Assembly (NCBI GenBank): GCA_944332635.1
Contig: CALVKI010000016.1
Location: forward strand, 1 to 59,905
Source: an uncultured Bacilli bacterium
GTDB lineage: Bacteria > Bacillota_I > Bacilli_A > RF39 > UBA660
DNA: 59,905 nt
Direction of reading: 5' to 3'
Within the stretch, counting starts at the first letter, position 1. Each line of letters begins with the position of its first letter. The notes beneath the pieces were generated by a model, which saw nothing but the letters and a program-made list of their open reading frames with translations, was not told the DNA's origin and made no database searches. A program made the position numbers and the translations under genes. Shown here piece after piece: positions 9,544 to 17,788 of this stretch.

Positions 9544-10457
9544 GCTTCTTTTAATTCACTATAAATACTTTGATTAAAATTATGTTCAGTTTGTTCTAAG
9601 GTCAAAAGGGTAGGTGTATCAATTAAAAAAAAGTTATGTTCTAATATATTTTCACCATTAGAAACAACCGGATCATCCCAAGTAAGATCTAAATGCATCC
9701 ACTTTCCATTGAGATATACAGCATTCCATACATGTTGTTCACTAGAGACTTTATAACTTTTTATTCCCATATTTTCTAAAAACAACTCCATAGCATCGGT
9801 GTAACCCCCACAAATTCCATACCCTTGAAATAAAGGTCCATAAGCAATATCAGAATTATAAGTAGTAATATTATAATCACTCCGATCAGAATCATAAACA
9901 CTATTGTTGATAATATAATCATGCACTCTACGAATATTATTAATATCACTATCACTAGAAATAATTAAATCCTGAGATAAAGCATTAACTCTCTCTTCAA
10001 TTTTTTTAATCTGTTGTTGGGAATAACTTTTTTTAATATGTATAGTAACTTTTCCTAAAGAATCATATTGCGTTTCAATATGATTAAAGCCATTAAATGG
10101 ATGAACAAAATTATTAATATGAGAAAGTAAATCTTGATCATTAGCAATATTTTCTACCTCATCTAAACAACCAGAATAACTACTAGGGCAATAAAAGGTA
10201 AAAACATCAGCACCTGAGTTAATAATAGTATAAAAAACATTTAAAAGATCTTGTCTGTTTTTTGGTTCAAGTTGATTAGTATTTTGTACAAAATCAAAAC
10301 TATAATCTCTATAATATTCATTTTTTTGTAACACTAAATCTTCTTGAGTAAAAATCCTAAGAACTTGGTAATATATTTTTTGTAAATCTTCTTTATATAA
10401 AAATAACACACCCATAATAATTAATGTAATACCCAAAATAACCAAAGATTTTTTCAT
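9540..10457 (-). CDS. Membrane-anchored transglutaminase-like cysteine protease domain protein
   Basis: N-terminal TM helix. The core GICGGYTDAMELF...HVWNAVYLNGKWMHLDLTWDD supplies the Cys-His-Asp transglutaminase-core triad. Confidence 0.75.
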   Translation of the reverse strand: MKKSLVILGITLIIMGVLFLYKEDLQKIYYQVLRIFTQEDLVLQKNEYYRDYSFDFVQNTNQLEPKNRQDLLNVFYTIINSGADVFTFYCPSSYSGCLDEVENIANDQDLLSHINNFVHPFNGFNHIETQYDSLGKVTIHIKKSYSQQQIKKIEERVNALSQDLIISSDSDINNIRRVHDYIINNSVYDSDRSDYNITTYNSDIAYGPLFQGYGICGGYTDAMELFLENMGIKSYKVSSEQHVWNAVYLNGKWMHLDLTWDDPVVSNGENILEHNFFLIDTPTLLTLEQTEHNFNQSIYSELKEA

Positions 10458-10548
10458 AATTCCTCCATTAGCATGATTTTATACTAAATTAATTCTATCG
10501 TGCTTAAAAAGAAAAGTAAATAAAAAATCAACCAATAACTTGATTGAT

Positions 10549-10809
10549 TTACATAACATTTTTCATCTTAGTTAATCTTGACTTTAAACGTGCAGCTTTA
10601 TTTTTATGAACTTTACCGCTAGTCATTGCTTTGTCAATTCTTTGAATTGCGATATTGTAATTAGTGCTAGCTGCTTCTTTATTACCAGCTTTAATTTCTT
10701 TTTCGAAATTTTTAATGGCAGTTCTCATACTAGAAACTACTAAAGTATTTACATTTGTTTTTTTCGCATTAGAACGCACTCTTTTTTTAGCACTTGCTAT
10801 ATTTGGCAT
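10549..10809 (-). CDS. rpsT: 30S ribosomal protein S20
   Basis: MPNIASAKKRVRSNAKK... is a typical S20 N-terminus. Length is 86 aa and the protein is basic. Confidence 0.95.
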   Translation of the reverse strand: MPNIASAKKRVRSNAKKTNVNTLVVSSMRTAIKNFEKEIKAGNKEAASTNYNIAIQRIDKAMTSGKVHKNKAARLKSRLTKMKNVM

Positions 10810-10910
10810 ATTTTCACCTCACTTTTATAAACATATTAATTCTATCAAATTTTTTTTCAAAAAGCAAATATTTTTTCTTTATTTGCAAATATTAAAATTA
10901 GGTGAACATT

Positions 10911-11948
10911 ATGCATACAATAGATTTAAAAAACAATGGATTTAGAACAGACTTAGTAATTGAAGAAATAGCTAGAGAAAAAAATTCGGAAATTACTATC
11001 AAAACATTAAATAAAACAAAAAATATAACAGTAGAAGAAGTAGTGATAGATAAAAGTACTAAAGGAAAATGGAACAAAAAAGAAGGTATCTATAAAACAA
11101 TTACTTTTACAGATATCACCGATAAAAATAACTTCAAACAAATAGAAGAAATTGCTATTAAAACAATGAAGGATATATTAAATGAATTAAAAATAGGAGA
11201 AGAAGCAAAAGTTCTTGTGATAGGTTTAGGAAACGAATCCTCAACTCCAGATGCATTAGGACCAAAGACAATAGACCATGTATTAGTAACGAGACATTTA
11301 TTTTCACTAGGAGATGTGGAAGAAGGGTATAGGAATGTTGCAAGTTTCAAGCCTAGTGTTACAGGAGTAACTGGAATAGAGACAAAGGATTTAATTGAGG
11401 GAATAAAAGAAAAGATACAACCGGATTTACTAATCGTAATAGATGCCTTAGCATCTAGTTCTATTGAAAGATTAAACAAGACCATTCAAATTACTTCTGC
11501 TGGGATATCTCCAGGCAGTGGAGTAGGCAATAATCGTACAGAAATTAGTAAAGATACCTTAAATATACCTGTAATTGCAATTGGAGTTCCGACTGTGGTT
11601 GATGGAGCAACAATAGTAGAAAACACTTTACAATTATTACTAAAAAAAATAAGCTATCAATTAGAAAATAAAGACAACGAAAGATTAAAACTAGTTCCAA
11701 GTACTAGTCAAAACTATCTAAATCATAAAAAAGAATTAAGTAAAGAACAAAAAGAGGATTTGCTAGGAATGGTAGGTTTATTAGATGAGCAAGAGCTAAA
11801 ATCGTTGATATTAGAAGTTTTATTACCAGTAAATTATAATATGATGGTAACACCAAAGGAAATAGACTACTTAATAGAAAAACTTAGTATATTATTAGCT
11901 AATATGATTAATAAAAGTCTACACTCACACTTCAATCCGACAAAATAA
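10911..11948 (+). CDS. gpr: Germination protease (spore protease GPR)
   Basis: IGLGNESSTPDALGPK, LVTRHLF, GVTGIETKD, ISPGSGVGNNR, IPVIAIGVPTVVD and MVTPKEID closely follow B. subtilis Gpr. The gene is divergent from rpsT, as in Bacillus. Confidence 0.9.
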   Translation: MHTIDLKNNGFRTDLVIEEIAREKNSEITIKTLNKTKNITVEEVVIDKSTKGKWNKKEGIYKTITFTDITDKNNFKQIEEIAIKTMKDILNELKIGEEAKVLVIGLGNESSTPDALGPKTIDHVLVTRHLFSLGDVEEGYRNVASFKPSVTGVTGIETKDLIEGIKEKIQPDLLIVIDALASSSIERLNKTIQITSAGISPGSGVGNNRTEISKDTLNIPVIAIGVPTVVDGATIVENTLQLLLKKISYQLENKDNERLKLVPSTSQNYLNHKKELSKEQKEDLLGMVGLLDEQELKSLILEVLLPVNYNMMVTPKEIDYLIEKLSILLANMINKSLHSHFNPTK

Positions 11949-11984
11949 GAAATAAAAAAAAGGTATAGTAAGTATGGTGATAAT

Positions 11985-12920
11985 ATGAAAAAGAGATTTT
12001 TCAAAAGACCAACTTCCAAAAAGAAAAAAGTAAAAAAATTCTTCTTTTTACTTCTTTTTATATTAGGAATCGTATTGACATATCAGTATTTAGATAATTC
12101 TAATATAAAACTAAATGATAAGGAATTAGTTGAAATATTACTATCAAATACAGAAAAAACCTCTACTTTAAAAAAAATAATAACAACACTACTCCCAACA
12201 AAAAAAGAGATGGTAAAAACACTAATTAAATCAAATTATCAAGGATTAATTATAGAAGAAAAACCACAAGAAGTACAACCCACTATTAAAAAGGATGATG
12301 AAAAGCCACTAATATATATATATAATACTCATCAAACAGAAGAATATACACCCAGTAGTTTTGTAGAATATAGCATAATGCCAACAGTTCAAATGAACAA
12401 TTATATACTAGAAGAAAAATTTGAAGAAAAAAATTATCAAACCATTGTAGAAGAAAAAAATATTAAAGAAGTATTAAATAAAAATGGTTGGAATTATGCA
12501 GGAAGTTATCAAGCAAGTCGAGTTTTTTTAGAAGAAGCAAAAAGAAATTATTCATCTTTAAAATATTTTATAGATGTTCATAGAGATAGTTTGCCAAAGG
12601 AAAGAACTACTGTAACTATAGAAAATAAGGATTATGCAACGATATTATTTATAATTGGTTTAGAAAATCCTAATTATCAAGAGAATTTAGTATTCACAGA
12701 GAAAATAAATAATAAGTTAAACGAAAAATATCCTGGACTTTCCAAGGGGATATATAAAAAAGAAGGCGCAGGAGTAAATGGCATATATAATCAAGATTTT
12801 TCACCATACACAATTTTAGTAGAAATGGGAGGGCCAGATAATAGAATAGATGAAGTACTAAATACATCTTTAGCATTTTCAGAGTGTTTTTTGGAGGTGA
12901 TAGAGGAATATGAATTATAA
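11985..12920 (+). CDS. spoIIP: Stage II sporulation protein P
   Basis: N-terminal TM helix, IYIYNTHQTEEY and FIDVHRDS motifs of the SpoIIP amidase family. It is adjacent to gpr. Confidence 0.85.
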   Translation: MKKRFFKRPTSKKKKVKKFFFLLLFILGIVLTYQYLDNSNIKLNDKELVEILLSNTEKTSTLKKIITTLLPTKKEMVKTLIKSNYQGLIIEEKPQEVQPTIKKDDEKPLIYIYNTHQTEEYTPSSFVEYSIMPTVQMNNYILEEKFEEKNYQTIVEEKNIKEVLNKNGWNYAGSYQASRVFLEEAKRNYSSLKYFIDVHRDSLPKERTTVTIENKDYATILFIIGLENPNYQENLVFTEKINNKLNEKYPGLSKGIYKKEGAGVNGIYNQDFSPYTILVEMGGPDNRIDEVLNTSLAFSECFLEVIEEYEL

Positions 12921-13233
12921 AAAAATAGGAGAGTTTATTATAATATCATTAATAGTTTTATTTTTAGGTCTATACATTAGTAACATGACAGGCTATTACA
13001 AGTACACAGAAAGTAAAAAAAATATTCTGACAGAAGAAGCAATGGAAAGATTTGAAGAAGATATAAAAGCAGGAAAAGAAATAGATGTATCTAACTATCT
13101 GAAAGAAACAAAAAACTATAACAATATTTTTTCATCTTTAGGACTAAAAGTATCGTCTTTAATTGAAAAAGGATTTAATAAAACTATGACAGGATTATTT
13201 AAAAAATTATCTCAAGCAATAAATGATAATTAA
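12910..13233 (+). CDS. YqxA-like small membrane protein (DUF3679-like)
   Basis: 107 aa with one N-terminal TM helix. It overlaps the spoIIP stop by 11 nt, and its position downstream of spoIIP matches Bacillus yqxA. Confidence 0.45.
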   Translation: MNYKKIGEFIIISLIVLFLGLYISNMTGYYKYTESKKNILTEEAMERFEEDIKAGKEIDVSNYLKETKNYNNIFSSLGLKVSSLIEKGFNKTMTGLFKKLSQAINDN

Positions 13234-13300
13234 AAAATCTTTAGAAAACATAAAAACTATGCTATACTAAAACTATAAGTATAGAGTAGGAGTTATGTAT

Positions 13301-14710
13301 ATGTATTGTAGTCATTGTGGAAGAAAAAATGATAATAATAGTAAATTTTGTTCTTCCTGTGAAAAAGAATTAATAACAGTAGAAGAAAATAATAGTTTTC
13401 TCCATAATTCTATTATAAGAAAAAGTATCAAAAAAGATGCTATGGAGAAAAATAAAGATCCATTATATTTAGGCAACATTATTATGTTTACAACAGTCAT
13501 AATAACTTTAATAGTAGTAGTGCTCAGTTTTGGTGAAAAAGCAATTGCTAGTTCAGGAGGCACAAACTATTCATTAAATCTTTCAACTAGTGGTTTTTTA
13601 AAATCATTAATAATATATATTATTTTTATGTCAGTTATTCTTTATTTCACTTTAGGTATGAACAAAATAAGCCTAGATATTAGTAGAGATAAAAAGACAA
13701 GTATTGGTAGTATGTTTAAGTATCCATTTCAAAAAATTACTATATATCTCAAAATATTAGGAATAAATACTTTAATATATCTTTTATTGGAACTGTTAAC
13801 ATACATTCCAGTTGTTGGTATTATTTTATATCTAATATTAACAATATATCTAAGCCCAATACTAGTGATGTTTATCTACATTATGATTGATAATACAAAT
13901 ATTTCCATAAGACAGGCAATAAAAAAAGCAATAAGTGTTACGAAAGGTAAAAAAGTAGCATACTATGCTTTAATATTAAGTTTTGCTGGATGGTATTTAT
14001 TAAGTATTTTTACACTTGGACTGTTAACAATTTGGATTATGCCATACATAAATGTTGCGATATCTAACTTTTATTTGTATATAACAAATGAAAAAAAATA
14101 TAAAGCAGCCCCTAAGGGAATTAGTAATGGAGCAATTATAGGAATCACTATAGGAATATATGTTCTATTTATTATTATAATAACGTTTGCTATTTTCACA
14201 TATGCTTTCATAAACGAAGTAAAAGAAGAGGTTAATAAAGATAGTGATATTATAATAGAAGATAACTATATAGATTATTTTGATAACAATATTTCAGGTA
14301 AAACAATAAACATTTCAGGATTAGATGTTTTTATTCCAGATGAATATAAAGAAATTACACTGGAAAACTACGAAAAAGCTTATATGTCAAACGAAGAAAA
14401 TATAGTGATAGGCTTAATAAATTATGATATAGGATATAATATATCTGCTAGTGATTATGCAAATACATATAAATCATCTTTTTCTAGTTCTTATTCCTGC
14501 GGCAATCTACAAGCTTCTAATATTAATCACTATAACTGGGAAACACTAGAATGTAATGGAGTGGGAGTAAATATTCAAAATTATATAGCCATACAAAATA
14601 ATAGATTATATTTACTGATAATTAGTTATGATAATAATTCATTTTCTAAAGCCGAAAGAATAATAAATCATATAGAAAAAAATTTAATGTTTTCAAACAT
14701 AGTAGCATAA
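13301..14710 (+). CDS. Zinc-ribbon plus DUF975-like polytopic membrane protein with an extra C-terminal soluble domain
   Basis: N-terminal CSHCGRKNDNNSKFCSSCEKEL zinc ribbon, about six TM helices arranged like DUF975, and a roughly 170-aa C-terminal non-membrane region. ATG at 13301 lies 8 nt after GTAGGAG. Confidence 0.55.
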   Translation: MYCSHCGRKNDNNSKFCSSCEKELITVEENNSFLHNSIIRKSIKKDAMEKNKDPLYLGNIIMFTTVIITLIVVVLSFGEKAIASSGGTNYSLNLSTSGFLKSLIIYIIFMSVILYFTLGMNKISLDISRDKKTSIGSMFKYPFQKITIYLKILGINTLIYLLLELLTYIPVVGIILYLILTIYLSPILVMFIYIMIDNTNISIRQAIKKAISVTKGKKVAYYALILSFAGWYLLSIFTLGLLTIWIMPYINVAISNFYLYITNEKKYKAAPKGISNGAIIGITIGIYVLFIIIITFAIFTYAFINEVKEEVNKDSDIIIEDNYIDYFDNNISGKTINISGLDVFIPDEYKEITLENYEKAYMSNEENIVIGLINYDIGYNISASDYANTYKSSFSSSYSCGNLQASNINHYNWETLECNGVGVNIQNYIAIQNNRLYLLIISYDNNSFSKAERIINHIEKNLMFSNIVA

Positions 14711-14723
14711 AGCTACTTTTTTA
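14701..14723 (+). terminator. Rho-independent terminator
   Basis: AGTAGC / GCTACT stem overlapping the stop codon, followed by TTTTTT. Confidence 0.5.
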
Positions 14724-14795
14724 TTTAAAAGATATTTTCAATCCATAAAAAATATGCTATACTCTTTTGTAGAATATAGAATAGGGGTGCTAGCG

Positions 14796-15590
14796 ATGCA
14801 AGAACGAGAAATTGTTGAAAAGCTAAAACTAGATATTGAGGACCAAGAGCGTTCATACAAAAAGAATTTAGAAATTATAAAAAAAGAAGACAATCTATTA
14901 AACTATATTAAAGGTATGCTAGATATTACTCAAAACAGTGTTATCAATTTTCCATATTATGATGGTAGAAACAAAGACGAAACTGAAGCTGAAAAAAACT
15001 TTAATATGATGTTAAAGTATACACTAAAAGAAGATAAAATAATTGCATCTTTTAAATCTGAAATAAAAAATCTATATTACTTAGAAAAGATAGGATATGA
15101 GCACGCAGAACAATATAAAGAAATAACAAAAAAATTAGAAGAGTATCGCGTAAAAATAGCAGAAGCATATAATGAATTAATTAAAAATGAAGCATTAAAA
15201 CAAACAACAGTCAAAAAAGAAGAAATGTTAAATAAAATAGCCATTGTAAAAGATTATTTAAAAGACCAGGTAGAAGCAGAAAATATTGACAGCTTCTACG
15301 AAGGTTTACAATATGCTCATTTATCAGAAAATGAAAAAACTTCTATTTTATTGTTTATATTTAAAAAAAATCTAATAATAGAAAAACAAAAGTTAGAAAA
15401 CTTAAGTAACGTAAGATCATGTTTACCAGAAAGAAAAATAGCAAAAGTAAAGAAAGAAAATATTGATAAAATTAAAGCTTCTGTTAAAAAATTAGAAAAT
15501 CAATTTTCAATTAAAATAACTTATCCAACAGATAAATTTCAAGTATCAAAAAGAGCAGAAAAAAATCGGTTTCTATTTGCAGAAATATAG
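14796..15590 (+). CDS. Hypothetical K/E-rich predicted coiled-coil protein (gene 1 of an unknown operon)
   Basis: Long ORF. ATG at 14796 is preceded by AGGGGTG. No TM segment or catalytic motif was recognised. Confidence 0.6.
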   Translation: MQEREIVEKLKLDIEDQERSYKKNLEIIKKEDNLLNYIKGMLDITQNSVINFPYYDGRNKDETEAEKNFNMMLKYTLKEDKIIASFKSEIKNLYYLEKIGYEHAEQYKEITKKLEEYRVKIAEAYNELIKNEALKQTTVKKEEMLNKIAIVKDYLKDQVEAENIDSFYEGLQYAHLSENEKTSILLFIFKKNLIIEKQKLENLSNVRSCLPERKIAKVKKENIDKIKASVKKLENQFSIKITYPTDKFQVSKRAEKNRFLFAEI

Positions 15591-15608
15591 ATAGAAGTAG
15601 GTGACAAT

Positions 15609-17360
15609 ATGACAGATAATTTAATTAATTTATTAAAAAGTACAATTAGTGAAAAGAAAAAAACGATAAAAGAATACAATAATCATCTAGATAAAAATCT
15701 GCCTGATAAAATAGAAATACTAAATAATATGAGAAACGACATAAATGAAATTACAAAAATAGAACTTTCAAAATTAAATGATATAGTAGATAACTTTGAG
15801 ATTACAGATAAAGAAAAAGAAACTATGAAAAAAGAGCTGGATATAATTAAAGTTTTATTGACCTTAAACCAAAAGGAAAAAACAAGTTATACCTTATCCC
15901 CTAATCAATTAGCAATCACATCTTCATTTATAGATAATTTAGAAAAATATATTGAGAGAAAAAACATAGAGCAGCAAGAACTTGATCCAGAATATAAACG
16001 TATTATAACAATAACAAACAAGTATAAGAGTTTATTATATAAAATAAAAAATCCTAATACAAATGAATTGATTACTGATGTAGATATTATTCTACAATTA
16101 TTTCAAGATAGTAATATAACAGAAGTCGAAAAACAAACGATGCTATTAATATTAATTAAATATAATCAAGAAATAATAAAAGGAAAAGAAAAAAATATCA
16201 AGATTTCAAAAGTAGCAGTTAAAGAATTAAATACTATGCTTAATCACTATGGCTATTCCTTGAATAAATTAAATGACAAATTGCAAGATAAATTAATAAA
16301 ATATGGAACCATCAAAAACATGGAAGAAGTATTATCTACAATGCAAAAACTAGATTTTCCTAAGTTTGACGAAGAAAAAGAAGGATTATTATTAACCACA
16401 TATTTAATTGCTACAACCAAAACAACTATTGAAAAAACAACAACATATGCTCAGAAGAGAGGAATAAATGTTAGAGATTTAAAAGATCTAATATGTGCCT
16501 TTATACCAAATGACTATTTATATGAGGATAAATACAAAATAGGAAGATTAGAAGATTTTCCTAAAAACATTTCTCTTTTAGTAGAACATGGAATAAGCAT
16601 TTCAACAGTTATTAGTAAAGGAAGAGACTTGTTACTAATAACAAATGATAGATTGCATAAAAACTTAGACTGGCTGGAATGTTATGGATTATATAGTAAT
16701 ATGCAAGAAAATGCATTATTAGACGATTTTATAACAGCATTAAAGTCACAAAATATTCCAGAGGTTATTGATTTATGGATTGAAAATCATTCTTTAGGCT
16801 TACAATACATCAAAAGTAATTTAAGTATCTTGACTTCTCATATATCAAATCAAGCAATTTTATTTTATAAATTATACAAATCAGAAAAAGAACGAAAAAA
16901 CGATGCATTTCGCTTGACAGTATCAAATGGTGTGAAAAAGCTGAGCTTACGTAAAGAGATGACCCACAGTAATATCGACTATCAAGGTATTCACGATAAA
17001 GAAAGTGCACTTGTTATTACACATCATCAAAAGCCAGTTTTTGCTAAAGAAAAAGATTATGAAATAGCAGCAAAACAATCTTTATATAATAAGATTTCTG
17101 ATGATATATTTGCAAGAGAAGAAATCATAAGTCTAAATCAATTCAGTGATAGCAATGAAACGTTATTATATGACATCAATGGTTTAAAGATTTCAAAATT
17201 AAAAACACTAAGAATATATGATGCACTATGTAAGAATAGTTTAGGAAATACCTTAGATGCACTACTTTATGCAATCTGCTATAACAAAATTATAACAAAA
17301 GAAGAATATGAAAAATTAGTAGTTGATATAAAACAAGCAACTGGATGGAAAGAGGTGTAA
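15609..17360 (+). CDS. Hypothetical 583-aa helical-repeat protein (gene 2 of an unknown operon)
   Basis: Long uninterrupted ORF with RBS GTAGGTGA. The central part shows mTERF-like periodicity (NISLLVEHGISISTVISKGRDLLLITNDRLHKNLDWLECYGL). Confidence 0.7.
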   Translation: MTDNLINLLKSTISEKKKTIKEYNNHLDKNLPDKIEILNNMRNDINEITKIELSKLNDIVDNFEITDKEKETMKKELDIIKVLLTLNQKEKTSYTLSPNQLAITSSFIDNLEKYIERKNIEQQELDPEYKRIITITNKYKSLLYKIKNPNTNELITDVDIILQLFQDSNITEVEKQTMLLILIKYNQEIIKGKEKNIKISKVAVKELNTMLNHYGYSLNKLNDKLQDKLIKYGTIKNMEEVLSTMQKLDFPKFDEEKEGLLLTTYLIATTKTTIEKTTTYAQKRGINVRDLKDLICAFIPNDYLYEDKYKIGRLEDFPKNISLLVEHGISISTVISKGRDLLLITNDRLHKNLDWLECYGLYSNMQENALLDDFITALKSQNIPEVIDLWIENHSLGLQYIKSNLSILTSHISNQAILFYKLYKSEKERKNDAFRLTVSNGVKKLSLRKEMTHSNIDYQGIHDKESALVITHHQKPVFAKEKDYEIAAKQSLYNKISDDIFAREEIISLNQFSDSNETLLYDINGLKISKLKTLRIYDALCKNSLGNTLDALLYAICYNKIITKEEYEKLVVDIKQATGWKEV

Positions 17361-17361
17361 C

Positions 17362-17649
17362 ATGAACTTTTTATTAGACTGTGGTATTACAAAAGATACA
17401 ATAAAAAAGCTAAAAGAAAACTATGAAGAAAGCACCTGCTTTTATTGCTTAACAAAACAAGAAAATGTAAAAGAAGTAATAGAATATCTATTATCGATTA
17501 AAATAGAAGTAATAGATAAGTTATTAATAGACCGTTTAGAATTATTTTTTATACCAAAAGAGAAGATAAAAAAGCGTTTTGAAAACTATAACTTAGAAGT
17601 TTTAGTTCAGTTAATCAATGAAGATATCAATGTTTTAAATAATGTATAA
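17362..17649 (+). CDS. Hypothetical 95-aa helical protein (gene 3 of an unknown operon)
   Basis: Its ATG lies 1 nt after the TAA of the previous gene. FLLDCGITKDTIKKL...VIEYLLSIKIEVIDKLLIDRLELFFIPKEKI resembles the repeats of gene 2. Confidence 0.6.
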   Translation: MNFLLDCGITKDTIKKLKENYEESTCFYCLTKQENVKEVIEYLLSIKIEVIDKLLIDRLELFFIPKEKIKKRFENYNLEVLVQLINEDINVLNNV

Positions 17650-17677
17650 GTAAAGATTAAATTTAATCTTTACTTTT
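17650..17677 (+). terminator. Rho-independent terminator of the three-gene operon
   Basis: Perfect 12-nt arms GTAAAGATTAAA / TTTAATCTTTAC followed by TTTT. Confidence 0.7.
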
Positions 17678-17758
17678 AGCAATAAAGTTTATTTTAAGCA
17701 AGAATCAGTATTATTAATATAATTAATCCCATATAGTAATAATTAGTTTAATACTTAT

Positions 17759-17783
17759 AAAAAAAGCATCTCATTTGAGATGT
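17759..17783 (-). terminator. Terminator downstream of the yidD-lipoprotein gene
   Basis: CATCTCA / TGAGATG stem with a T-run on the minus strand (AAAAAAG on plus). Confidence 0.55.
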
Positions 17784-17788
17784 TTTCT

